Origin: an uncultured Bacteroidales bacterium
GTDB lineage: Bacteria > Bacteroidota > Bacteroidia > Bacteroidales > UBA932
Direction of reading: 5' to 3'
Assembly: GCA_900318565.1 (NCBI GenBank)
Contig: ONLD01000002.1
Coordinates: forward strand, 1,861-65,860
DNA length: 64,000 nt
The notes below the pieces were generated by a model. That model worked only from the letters and a program-made list of their open reading frames with translations, did not search any database and had not been told where the DNA came from. This document shows positions 51,360 through 59,818 of this stretch, in pieces; within the stretch, counting starts at the first letter, position 1; every line of letters begins with the position of its first letter. Both the position numbers and the translations under genes were made by a program.

Positions 51360-51598
51360 AGTCGTTTGGGTTAAATGTTAATATTGGCCGCAAGGTAGTC
51401 ATTATTACCCGTTTCAATTCCGTTTGCAACACTTAAATTAAAAAACGCCCTCCCGCCCGCGCGAGAAGGCCCTTTCCGCTTCAAAGAGTCCAAAAAATCT
51501 GTGATTTTTCCAACGCTGCGCGGCAGCAATGGTCCTACATAGGCTTCGCAGGCGGTTCCCGCAGCACTTTCGCCCCCAGCATCTCGCCACGGAGGTAT

Positions 51599-51681
51599 TT
51601 GTCCTTGAATCAACGCGATTTCAAGGACAACTGCCGTTTTTCCACTACTTTGTCCTTAAAATACCGCGTTTTCAAGGACAA
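51599..51681. repeat. Two tandem copies (51-bp period) of a 32-bp palindrome TTGTCCTTGAA-N10-TTCAAGGACAA
   Basis: Copy 1 pairs 51599-51609 with 51620-51630 as a perfect 11-bp inverted repeat. Copy 2 pairs 51650-51660 (TTGTCCTTAAA, one mismatch) with 51671-51681. Confidence 0.8.
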
Positions 51682-51858
51682 CTCTCCGTATGGAATCACG
51701 GCCGTGAACTGCCCGTCGGCGCCGCAGCCGATGTGGTATGGGTGATAGTAAATGATCAGCCCTTCGCGGATGAGAGCACAGCCGTCCGCATCGCCTAGGA
51801 GCTTGACCGGGTCCTCCGAGGCGTGCTCCGGCAGCAGTAATGTGAGACTTTTGTGCAT
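51610..51858 (-). pseudogene. Possible C-terminal fragment of a DUF3298-like protein
   Basis: REGLIIYYHPYHIGCGADGQFTAVIPYGEL resembles the DUF3298 C-terminal motif (F-x-PY-x-I-A-x-G...IPY). Only about 80 codons are present with no upstream domain, and the 3' part runs into the palindromic repeats. Confidence 0.35.
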
Positions 51859-51919
51859 TCATAAACATTGAACTATAAGATATCCACAAAACAAAGTTGG
51901 ATAATTAGAATTAATATCA

Positions 51920-51927
51920 TACCTTTG
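51920..51927 (+). promoter_or_regulatory. -7 box TACCTTTG upstream of the DUF3990-like gene
   Basis: Matches TAnnTTTG. It lies 24 nt upstream of the ATG at 51952. Confidence 0.45.
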
Positions 51928-51951
51928 TGGTAATACTATAGTCTTACTTTT

Positions 51952-52623
51952 ATGGACACCTTATATCACGGCTCAAAACTGATCATCAAGCGTCCTGTTT
52001 ATGGAAAAGGAAATCCTGAGAACGACTACGGGCTAGGATTCTATTGCACGCGCGAGCAGGAACTTGCCAAAGAATGGGCCTGCGCAGAAGAGGATGACGG
52101 ATTTGCGAACCGATATCAACTCAAGACCGACGGCCTGTCCTGCCTCCACCTCAACAACGACGGATACCATATACTTAACTGGCTCGCCGTTTTGCTAGAG
52201 AACAGAAGGTTCGATCTCTCGTCCCCTGTCGCAGTCAGGGCGCGTCAATACATCCTGGACACATTCCTTCCCGACTACAAAGGATATGACCTGATTGAAG
52301 GATATCGGGCAGATGACTCCTACTTCTCCTTTTCCAGGGCCTTCCTTGCCAACGGAATCACTCTGGAGCAGCTCCGGCGGGCTATGCGCCTGGGGAAGCT
52401 TGGAGAGCAGGTCGTACTGCGTACCCCCGCCGCCTTCGAAGCCGTTTCATTTGTCGAAGCCGTCCCCGTCGATGCATCCATCTATCACGTCCGGCGGCTG
52501 TCGCGTGACAGGAACGCCAGGGAAGACTACCGGAAGATGCTGACCGAGACGTCGGCCGGTACAGAAACATACATATCAACAATCATCAACGAAAAATGGA
52601 ACAACGATGACCCGCGCCTATGA
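51952..52623 (+). CDS. DUF3990-like protein
   Basis: 223 aa. The N-terminus MDTLYHGSKLIIKRPVYGKGNPENDYGLGFYCTREQELAKEWA matches my memory of the DUF3990 signature (LYHGS...DFGxGFYxT...A..WA). Confidence 0.7.
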   Translation: MDTLYHGSKLIIKRPVYGKGNPENDYGLGFYCTREQELAKEWACAEEDDGFANRYQLKTDGLSCLHLNNDGYHILNWLAVLLENRRFDLSSPVAVRARQYILDTFLPDYKGYDLIEGYRADDSYFSFSRAFLANGITLEQLRRAMRLGKLGEQVVLRTPAAFEAVSFVEAVPVDASIYHVRRLSRDRNAREDYRKMLTETSAGTETYISTIINEKWNNDDPRL

Positions 52624-53248
52624 CATCGCCTATCTGGACGACGCAATGACCTCTCTGGGGGCTATGCTGGACTACGCAGTCAATTCCTGCGGCGAGGACC
52701 TCGCCCTTTTCTACGCGCGATTTCTCGCCAGCGGAGTTGCGGACGCATTCTCCAGGGCCAATCCTAAATACCTCGGAGGTATGTCAGGAGTCGAACTGGC
52801 TGCGCTGGTAGCTTCCCGCACAGGCAGCGTGCTTCCGAAAGGAGACGGGCTTATCGACATCGGCAGCCCAGAATACTGGACCGGATGGACGTTGGCATAC
52901 CTGTCCTGGCATCTGGACTTGGACTTCGGGACAATCCAGGCCCGGGGCCTGACAATTCAGTCTCTCCGCGAACGGTATCCCGTCCTGCACGAGGCGGATC
53001 TGTCGAAATCCGTACAATTCGCAGTGATACGGCTTAACGAGACTTCCGGTGGGGAACTGCTCAAACGGGCCCGCAAGAACGCGCGGATGACACAGCTGCA
53101 ACTGTCCGAAATCACGGGAATTCCACTCTCGGTCATCCGCTCCTACGAACAGGACAAGCGCTCCCTGAAAAGCGCCGAGACCGAAAATGTCCGGCGCATC
53201 TGCCGTACCCTGGGCTGCCGGATAGAAGACATCCTATCAATTACCTAG
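52607..53248 (+). CDS. Hypothetical protein with C-terminal XRE-family HTH
   Basis: 213 aa, overlapping the upstream gene by 17 nt. C-terminus: LLKRARKNARMTQLQLSEITGIPLSVIRSYEQDKRSLKSAETENVRRICRTLGC. Confidence 0.7.
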   Translation: MTRAYDIAYLDDAMTSLGAMLDYAVNSCGEDLALFYARFLASGVADAFSRANPKYLGGMSGVELAALVASRTGSVLPKGDGLIDIGSPEYWTGWTLAYLSWHLDLDFGTIQARGLTIQSLRERYPVLHEADLSKSVQFAVIRLNETSGGELLKRARKNARMTQLQLSEITGIPLSVIRSYEQDKRSLKSAETENVRRICRTLGCRIEDILSIT

Positions 53249-53557
53249 TCTCTTAAAAGTTAATACAATATTCTGGAACTGGGCGTTGTAGCTGTTGGTC
53301 ACGACAAACCGGTATGCCGCTCCGGGCTCGCCGGAAACCGCCCACTCATACCTGGTACCCTTCTTGAGTTTATCCGTGTTGATGCCGAGGAGAGTGCCGT
53401 AGGCCTTGGCGATGTCAGCGAATCTACAGTAAAGAGGTTGAAGAAGGAATTCGGTATTTAGCCGAAAAGGGGAGGATGAGATCTCTTCGAAAGGTAAAGT
53501 GCTTTTGGGGTCTGCGTCTCGAAAAAGCAAAAAAATTGCTTTTCTCTCAAATTTCAC
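53237..53557 (-). CDS. Hypothetical 106-aa ORF, possibly a gene fragment
   Basis: Open frame only, with no recognised motif. Composition shifts within it, from a GC-rich 3' half to an AT-rich 5' half. Confidence 0.3.
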   Translation of the reverse strand: MKFERKAIFLLFRDADPKSTLPFEEISSSPFRLNTEFLLQPLYCRFADIAKAYGTLLGINTDKLKKGTRYEWAVSGEPGAAYRFVVTNSYNAQFQNIVLTFKRLGN

Positions 53558-53627
53558 GTAAATTTGTGACCGTGCTCCATAATTTTATGAAAAAATCCGG
53601 AGTGTAATTAAGAAATTTTGAGGTGTT

Positions 53628-54767
53628 ATGTATAAGCGACTATTTGATGTTGAGAGTAAGTTAGACGAAGCTATGTTCCTGTTTGGAGCACGTCAGACGG
53701 GGAAATCCACCCTTTTGAAAGAACGGTTCAAAGGCAAGATCTACTACGATTTGCTTGATCCGGAACTGAGGAAATTCTTCAAAAGGAATCCGAATGCACT
53801 TAAGGAGGCACTTGGGGACAAACCGGCCGGAACGTTGGTAATCATAGATGAGATTCAGAAAGTTCCGGAACTACTGGATATAGTCCACTCCCTGATGGTT
53901 GACAAGGGGTTGTGGTTCATTCTCAGTGGTTCAAGTGCCAGGAAACTCAAAAAATCCGGTGCGAACACCCTTGGAGGACGAGCAATCCCTGAAACGTTAT
54001 ACCCCCTTGTATGGCCGGAGGTCACGGACTTTCAGTTAGACCGTGCGGTCCAGAATGGGATGATTCCTCGTCACTATATGGTACCGGACGCTACGAAGCG
54101 CCTCAAAGGTTATGTGGAAGTGTATCTGAACGAGGAAATACGAGAAGAAGGTGAAGTCCGTGAACTGGACGCCTTTGAGCGTTTTATGGAGGTTGCCGCC
54201 ATTTCCGACGGCGAAATGCTGAATTATACGAACATCGCTTCCGATTGTGGAGTCTCAGCCAAAACCGTCCAATCGTATTTCCAGATTCTGTATGATACAC
54301 TGATTGGTTACGAAGTCCCTGCATATAGAAAAGAGGTGAAGCGTAAAATCGTTCAGGCCCCCAGGTTCTACTATTTTGACGTCGGACTGGCCAATTATCT
54401 GATGGGGCGCCATTCTCTGAAACGTGGCACTGACGATTATGGCCACGCTTTTGAGCACCTTGTAATGCAGGAGATAATTGCCTACAAAGGATACAACGAC
54501 AAGAAGGAGGTCATTTCATACTGGCGCACTTACGACAAGAAGGAGGTCGATGCCGTTATCGGAGATGCCCGTGTTGCCATTGAAATAAAATCCGCCGAGG
54601 AGGTCAAGACACGTCATAAAAAAGGATTGAAGGCCTTCCACGAAGAGCATCCGGATTGCCGGCTGATCCTTGTTTCGCTTGAGCCGGTAACGAGGAAAGT
54701 TGAAGACATCGAGTTAATCTATGTACTTGACTTCTTGAAGATGCTGTGGGGCGGTGAGATATTCTGA
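53628..54767 (+). CDS. AAA-family ATPase (AAA_14 N-terminus with DUF4143-type C-terminus)
   Basis: 379 aa with Walker A (LFGARQTGKSTLL) and Walker B (LVIIDEIQ). The C-terminal part (WRTYDKKEVDAVI...IEIK) is typical of the DUF4143 nuclease-like module. Confidence 0.85.
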   Translation: MYKRLFDVESKLDEAMFLFGARQTGKSTLLKERFKGKIYYDLLDPELRKFFKRNPNALKEALGDKPAGTLVIIDEIQKVPELLDIVHSLMVDKGLWFILSGSSARKLKKSGANTLGGRAIPETLYPLVWPEVTDFQLDRAVQNGMIPRHYMVPDATKRLKGYVEVYLNEEIREEGEVRELDAFERFMEVAAISDGEMLNYTNIASDCGVSAKTVQSYFQILYDTLIGYEVPAYRKEVKRKIVQAPRFYYFDVGLANYLMGRHSLKRGTDDYGHAFEHLVMQEIIAYKGYNDKKEVISYWRTYDKKEVDAVIGDARVAIEIKSAEEVKTRHKKGLKAFHEEHPDCRLILVSLEPVTRKVEDIELIYVLDFLKMLWGGEIF

Positions 54768-54790
54768 TGGGGGTGTAAAGGTTAAACGAT

Positions 54791-54937
54791 ATGAAGATCG
54801 TTATAGCTCCTGATTCCTACAAAGAATGCCTTTCGTCGAGAGAGGTTGCGGCCGCTATGGCCGATGCTGTGCTACAGTCGTGCCCTTCTGCCGAGGTGGT
54901 GCAGATCCCCCTTGCTGCCAGGTCGGCCCAAGACTGA
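54791..54937 (+). pseudogene. Glycerate kinase N-terminal fragment (about 42 aa of homology)
   Basis: MKIVIAPDSYKECLSSREVAAAMADAVLQSCPSAEVVQIPLA matches the glycerate kinase N-terminus up to the point where the conserved DGGEGT should follow. The frame then diverges and stops at 54935-54937. Confidence 0.7.
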
Positions 54938-55061
54938 CCCCAAAGTTGTCGAGAAAGCCATAAAACTATATGAGTCGAAGACTATGTCTGTCTCCGAGAT
55001 TCTGGAAATAACCGGAATCAAGAAAACTACACTCTATGACTATATAAAGAAAAAGAATTAA
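54921..55061 (+). pseudogene. Serine-recombinase (resolvase/invertase) C-terminal HTH fragment
   Basis: GRPKTDPKVVEKAIKLYESKTMSVSEILEITGIKKTTLYDYIKKKN* is the GRPK linker plus HTH_7 tail of resolvases. No catalytic N-terminal domain precedes it. Confidence 0.6.
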
Positions 55062-55163
55062 CAGTCAATGGCCGTATTTCTTCGGGCTTCGCATGACTGG
55101 AAGGTTTGATGCCGGACGCATTCGCATCCGGCTGGCAGTCCGGGCAAAGCCCAAGACTGCCTT

Positions 55164-58118
55164 TTATTCTGTGACGGGACGGACGGATTGCCCGTAGCAG
55201 CGGTCGCAGTAGTAGTCCCTGCCCACATCGCCTGAATAGAAGTACACGCTCCACGCGTCGTACGGATTGCCCGTATTGAGGGACGAAGACCAGTAGTAGC
55301 CGAAGGACCCCGCATCGTTGAGATACGTGCCGCCCCGGTTGCCTGCGGCGGGAAGGAAGATACTGTTGCCGTTAGGACCCGTTACCTTTCTTCCTTTTAC
55401 ACCATTCTGAGTTGTCCAGGTCCATGTACATTTGGTCCTTAACTCTGTCCATTCTGCATCCGTGGGCATTCGCCAACTGCCGCCCCATTTCTCGTGGGCT
55501 GCATCGTCCCCGGGGTCGAGGACTGTCTTATTATCAACCATACCGTAACTGGATTTGGTTACGTACTTAGAGAATGGACCTTTGTAATCAGTTCCTAACT
55601 CAAGCTTGTAGGTTGACCAATTATTAGTAGTCTTGGGCTTCGTCTCGCCCCAGGCGAAGTAATCTCCATACTCCTCCGGTTTGGTGGCTCCGACATTGAA
55701 TGTCGCCCATTTGACGCTCAAGCCAAGGTCTACAGCTAATGGCTCAGTCTCTTGATGCTCAACGCCAAAGAGTTCGGAACGGATGATCTGGCTGCCTTCT
55801 ATACCGTCAGCCTTCTCAAGATTGTTGTCAAGCATATACTTGAAGAAGTGGGCGTAGGTAATCAAGGCGCGCATCGCACTGAAGCATCCCTTGTAGTCGG
55901 TGATGTTGTGGTCGGCGCGGGGATAGGTGCACATATTGGTAATGGCCTGGCCGTGCTGGAAGTTGACGGAACGCTGAGCCCAGTTGTCCAGGATGCGGAC
56001 CTCGACCTGACGGTAGATTTCCTTATCGCCATCGACCTTGCAAAGATATCCACCGTTGGAAGGCTCTGCGTAAGGAAAGTTTCCGAAGTAATAATTGTGG
56101 GTCTCGGGAACTGGGGCGCTCATAGGGAGAGGATTAAACTTAGGGATGTTGCCGAAGCCGTTCTTCTCGGTCTCGTTGCCGTCGTAGCCGCGGAGAAGCA
56201 GGAAGCTGCGGAGTGCAAGCTCGAGCATATCGGCCGTATTGTAAGTCTTGCCGCCCACGGTGATGGTGGTGGCCATAGGCACATAGTGTGCATTCTCGAC
56301 CAGAGTCTGGGAAGTAGGATTGATGCTCTCGGCGTCGCTCTTCATCACATAATCCACGGTGCCGGTGGTTTTCTCCCAAATATCCAGAATCTTAACATAT
56401 TCCTTTGCGAAGTCCTCAATAGTCTCGATTGTATTAGACACTGTAACCTCACAGCTTGTGCTCACTCCACTGGAGGCATAAGCCGTAATAGTAGCAGAGC
56501 CGACGGCTACGGCGGCGACAATGCCATCCTTATCCACATTTGCAACAGATGTATCACTTGACTCCCAGTGAACATCCTTTGCTGTAGCATTCGCAGGGAT
56601 GATTGAGGTCGTCAGCTGCTCCGAGTCACCAGGACACAGATCCAGCGAGGTTTTGTCTAAAGAGATTGATGATACTATGACAAATTCGCCATAGACGGGA
56701 CGGACAGATTGCCCGTAGCAACGGTACAGGTCGTACATGCCCACATCGTCTGAATAGAAGTCCACGTACCACGCGCGGTACGGATTGCCCGTATTGAGGG
56801 ACGAAGACCAGAAGAGGCCGTAGGACCCCGCAAAGAAGAGACTCGAGACGCCCCGGCGGCCTGCGGCGGGAAGGAAGATACTGTTGCCGTTAGGGCCGGT
56901 TACCTTTCTACCGTTTACTCCATTCTGAGTTGTCCAGGTCCAGGTACATTTGGTCCTTAACTCTGTCCATTCTGCATCCGTAGGCATTCGCCAACTGCCG
57001 CCCCAATTCACGTGGGCTGCATCGTCCTCGGGGTCGAGGACTGTCTTATTATCAACCGTACCGTAACTGGAGTTGGTTACGTACTTAGAGAATGGACCTT
57101 TGTAATCAGTTCCTAACTCAAACTTGTAGGTTGACCAATTATTAGTAGTCTTGGGCTTCGTCTCGCCCCAGGCGAAGTAATCGCCGTACTCCTCGAGCTT
57201 GGTAGCTCCGACATTCATTGTCGCCCATTTGACGCTCAGACCAAGGTCAACCCACTCCGGTTCAACCACAGTACTTTCCCAGTTGGACACTTTTGAATCT
57301 ACATTCTTCAGCACGCCGAATGTCGATCGTTTAATAGTTTGAGCCTTATCGCTGACAAGTTCACCTTTCTCCTTTTCCGTGGAGAACGTTATCGTGAATC
57401 CGCTATCAAGAGCCTTGGGCAACAGGGTGACATAGTAGTACTTGCCGGGCTTGAAGGCACCCCCTTCAGGCGCAACGAGAGTCACTTCCGCTTTGGCATC
57501 AATCACCTCTTGCACGACTGGAGTTCCATCTATACCAAATGATACCCTAACTTTACCGGCCAGGGGCTCATTGTTGTTCCCCTTGAATGTCACTGATTTA
57601 ATATCACTTCTGGACACGAAGAACTTGACACCTCCACAAATATTCCAAAATGCAAGACTAAGTGAACTCGATTTAGCGACCGTTGGGAAAGCATCATTTG
57701 AAAAATTTCCTTCGACGCCCGTTTGCTGGTCCGGGATTACTGTTGTTATAGAGTTCCCATCGCAGGAGTTTTCTTCCGAATAAGGGTACACGGCCCAAAA
57801 GTCCTTGCCTGAACCGGCCATCTGAACGGAACCCTGTAATTCTACGGTCTCGGCTATTGCCGTATTCATTGACACAAATTTACTTCCTCCGCTGCTTCCG
57901 CTGCCGTAGAAAACACTGACTTCCTCAGCAGGGCTCCACCATACAGAGCCGTCATCAAGACGGAAAGACTTTGTACCGGGATTCACTCCTTCCCGTGTCG
58001 CAGTCAACACAATCTCTTTCTCGGGGATAGAAATGGCTTCTGTTGACTCGATTATATCATTGCAGGCTCCGAAGACAGCCACTGACACTAAAGGGATAAG
58101 TTTGAATATAGTTTTCAT
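55164..58118 (-). CDS. Large surface lipoprotein: fimbrillin-like N-terminus, FISUMP/DUF1566-like domain, Big_2, unassigned central domain, second FISUMP/DUF1566-like domain
   Basis: 984 aa with lipobox VAVFGACN. The module LGLSVKWATxNVGA...GDYFAWGE...WRMPTDAEWTEL...IFLPAAG...YWSSS...GQSVRPV occurs twice. The Big_2 block is LDLCPGDSEQLTTSIIPANATAKDVHWESSDTSVANVDKDGIVAAVAVGSATITA. Confidence 0.9.
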   Translation of the reverse strand: MKTIFKLIPLVSVAVFGACNDIIESTEAISIPEKEIVLTATREGVNPGTKSFRLDDGSVWWSPAEEVSVFYGSGSSGGSKFVSMNTAIAETVELQGSVQMAGSGKDFWAVYPYSEENSCDGNSITTVIPDQQTGVEGNFSNDAFPTVAKSSSLSLAFWNICGGVKFFVSRSDIKSVTFKGNNNEPLAGKVRVSFGIDGTPVVQEVIDAKAEVTLVAPEGGAFKPGKYYYVTLLPKALDSGFTITFSTEKEKGELVSDKAQTIKRSTFGVLKNVDSKVSNWESTVVEPEWVDLGLSVKWATMNVGATKLEEYGDYFAWGETKPKTTNNWSTYKFELGTDYKGPFSKYVTNSSYGTVDNKTVLDPEDDAAHVNWGGSWRMPTDAEWTELRTKCTWTWTTQNGVNGRKVTGPNGNSIFLPAAGRRGVSSLFFAGSYGLFWSSSLNTGNPYRAWYVDFYSDDVGMYDLYRCYGQSVRPVYGEFVIVSSISLDKTSLDLCPGDSEQLTTSIIPANATAKDVHWESSDTSVANVDKDGIVAAVAVGSATITAYASSGVSTSCEVTVSNTIETIEDFAKEYVKILDIWEKTTGTVDYVMKSDAESINPTSQTLVENAHYVPMATTITVGGKTYNTADMLELALRSFLLLRGYDGNETEKNGFGNIPKFNPLPMSAPVPETHNYYFGNFPYAEPSNGGYLCKVDGDKEIYRQVEVRILDNWAQRSVNFQHGQAITNMCTYPRADHNITDYKGCFSAMRALITYAHFFKYMLDNNLEKADGIEGSQIIRSELFGVEHQETEPLAVDLGLSVKWATFNVGATKPEEYGDYFAWGETKPKTTNNWSTYKLELGTDYKGPFSKYVTKSSYGMVDNKTVLDPGDDAAHEKWGGSWRMPTDAEWTELRTKCTWTWTTQNGVKGRKVTGPNGNSIFLPAAGNRGGTYLNDAGSFGYYWSSSLNTGNPYDAWSVYFYSGDVGRDYYCDRCYGQSVRPVTE
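55173..55730. repeat. Intragenic direct repeat, copy A (encodes the C-terminal lectin-like domain)
   Basis: Aligns base-for-base with 56694-57248 over about 555 bp. It is near-identical across the central ~400 bp and much more diverged, with a 3-bp indel, in the ~130 bp encoding the domain's C-terminal end. Confidence 0.9.
56694..57248. repeat. Intragenic direct repeat, copy B (encodes the first lectin-like domain)
   Basis: See copy A; long identical runs include GGAAGGAAGATACTGTTGCCGTTAGG and TTGACCAATTATTAGTAGTCTTGGGCTTCGTCTCGCCCCAGGCGAAGTAATC. Confidence 0.9.
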
Positions 58119-58384
58119 AAGGCCGTTTCGTTATATTACCCAATCTTCGTCTGTGGTCCCTTCCAGCCCCCCTTCTACTGGGCTCTGGCAAACTAATACC
58201 GATAAACCATAATTCGGCTCAAAATCGCACTCTGGCCGCAAATAAAGTCTTTTATCAATCATAGTGTTTTCTCAACTCCTGACGTTATATATTATATTCA
58301 GTACTAACAATACAAAGTGTGTTCATTTTTTCGTTTTCGCCTGTACGGGAGTAAAACGTCCGAGAAAGCAGAAGTAGGTTTATA

Positions 58385-58933
58385 TTACAAAACTTTCCAA
58401 GTATAAATGACGAAAGCCTGTCTATCCATAACAGAATAAGCTTTGCAAGCAATAATATCGTCTACAATTGTTATTTGAGTGCCGACATTTTGGTCGGGAT
58501 AGTTGTAAATAAAACTCATCTGTTTCAAAATACGACTAGCATTGTTTATGGGTCTTTCGTCTAGTTTGTCTCGGCGGCAGACTAAAACAAAATATCGATC
58601 CTCATTGCCCCTCTGGTCGTGAAGTTTGCGAAAATCATTCAAAATAGAACTGATCCCATAATGGAGCGTTTCTGAATCTTTGATGTATGTTTTTAACTCA
58701 TACCTAATTCTTAATGAATTATCAGTTTTATTCCTAATAACTAAATCGGTCCTATTTTCTTGCTCCTTTTGAAATAGAATAGTTCTTGGAGCAATATCAG
58801 ATTTCAAAAGAATCGTTCTAATATCTTCTTCGCTAACGGAATTTGTCTGCTCGCTCATAAGTGATTCTATCTTCTCAACGGAAGATTTTATTAATAGTCT
58901 ATGGATAGTGCTGTTTCTCATATAAAAACACAA
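58385..58933 (-). CDS. Orphan protein with PD-(D/E)xK-like motif (third gene of the AT-rich operon)
   Basis: 182 aa; an alternative start at M5 is 58921. The segment TDLVIRNKTDNSLRIRYELKT gives D-x15-E-x-K in a predicted beta-beta context, preceded by an acidic helix (SEEDIRTIL). No other family motif recognised. Confidence 0.65.
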   Translation of the reverse strand: MCFYMRNSTIHRLLIKSSVEKIESLMSEQTNSVSEEDIRTILLKSDIAPRTILFQKEQENRTDLVIRNKTDNSLRIRYELKTYIKDSETLHYGISSILNDFRKLHDQRGNEDRYFVLVCRRDKLDERPINNASRILKQMSFIYNYPDQNVGTQITIVDDIIACKAYSVMDRQAFVIYTWKVL

Positions 58934-58939
58934 GAATTG

Positions 58940-59476
58940 CTATTTTAGATAGTCAAGAACGGGAACAACAGACACTGTGCGGATACCGGTTCTCTCACCA
59001 GTATCTGTGAATTGAAATGTTTCAATCTGCACTCGGTTCGTAACTATCAGTATTTTGCTTTTGAACGCATTATAAAACTCAACAACATTAGCATTATCTG
59101 GAATGTCTTTAGATATAGGACTAATGTATGGACAACCCTCTTTGCAATAATCTCGACGAGTAAAAGTGCCCAAACCAATAAAACGATTCTTGTCATTTAC
59201 ACGACACAAGATACTGTAGTTTTTTGGGGCGTCGTCTCTATCAGATGCGTGACGTTTCTGCGCTTTAACAATCAGTTTATCAAGGAATTCAATCTTTGCT
59301 CCTACAGGAAGAAGAGTCGCGTAATTACGCATTTCAACAGAATAAAGATGCTCTTCTGTCAGGACCACAGCTGTACGTCCTTGTGATTCACCAATTAAGG
59401 CAGGAATATTTTCGTCATTAAAATTTTTCATTTTCTTAGGAACGTCGAAGAACCGTCGACTATTTTGATGAGGCAT
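58940..59476 (-). CDS. Orphan protein, 178 aa (second gene of the AT-rich operon)
   Basis: The ORF abuts the upstream gene (stop of 59477-59800 is directly followed by this ATG) and ends 6 nt before the next gene. No recognisable family motif. Confidence 0.65.
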   Translation of the reverse strand: MPHQNSRRFFDVPKKMKNFNDENIPALIGESQGRTAVVLTEEHLYSVEMRNYATLLPVGAKIEFLDKLIVKAQKRHASDRDDAPKNYSILCRVNDKNRFIGLGTFTRRDYCKEGCPYISPISKDIPDNANVVEFYNAFKSKILIVTNRVQIETFQFTDTGERTGIRTVSVVPVLDYLK

Positions 59477-59800
59477 TCATTTCTCGTTCAATTTTTCAGC
59501 CTTCTCTAAAATCATTTCTTTGCTTGTTCTGTTTGAATTATTATAGCAAGAGAGCTCGGCTTCAATTTTGCTAAGTGCATCACAAATAATATTGATTAAA
59601 CTATCGCCTTTCACGTCTTGTGCCCAACAGAGACCTAGCTGTTTAAGATCAACACCAAGGTAGTCGTTGAACACTTGAGCGGCAGCGTTAATTAATGTGT
59701 CGTGTGAGTATTCAATCCTGCTGTTATTCGCGATTGGTAGGTATCGCCACATAACGAGATACTTTTTAATCTCTTCTTTAGGGTCAATTACTTTGCTCAT
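59477..59800 (-). CDS. Orphan small protein, 107 aa, probably all-helical (first gene of the AT-rich operon)
   Basis: First ORF of a tightly packed three-gene minus-strand unit. No recognisable family motif. Confidence 0.6.
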   Translation of the reverse strand: MSKVIDPKEEIKKYLVMWRYLPIANNSRIEYSHDTLINAAAQVFNDYLGVDLKQLGLCWAQDVKGDSLINIICDALSKIEAELSCYNNSNRTSKEMILEKAEKLNEK

Positions 59801-59801
59801 T

Positions 59802-59818
59802 TGTGATAGTGTATCACA
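59802..59818. promoter_or_regulatory. Perfect palindrome TGTGATA-GTG-TATCACA abutting the start codon of the AT-rich operon (operator candidate)
   Basis: 7-bp inverted repeat arms with a 3-bp spacer, lying 1 nt upstream of the ATG at 59800 on the minus strand. Confidence 0.35.

Noticed and set aside
51371-51613. 80-aa minus-strand ORF in the intergenic region upstream of 50979-51359.
   Set aside because: No motif support; the composition and position fit a promoter or leader region.
55173-57248. Diversity-generating retroelement (template/variable repeat pair), considered because the duplicated lectin-like domain diverges mainly at its C-terminal end.
   Set aside because: No reverse transcriptase or accessory gene is nearby, and both copies are coding parts of the same gene. 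The differences include a 3-bp indel and substitutions not confined to adenine positions of one copy.
59477-59800. HEPN-like R-x4-H motif (RIEYSH) in the 107-aa first protein of the AT-rich operon.
   Set aside because: It is a single short match near the N-terminus, whereas HEPN motifs normally sit in the C-terminal helix. The residue after Arg is hydrophobic rather than polar. This is too weak to call without a profile search.
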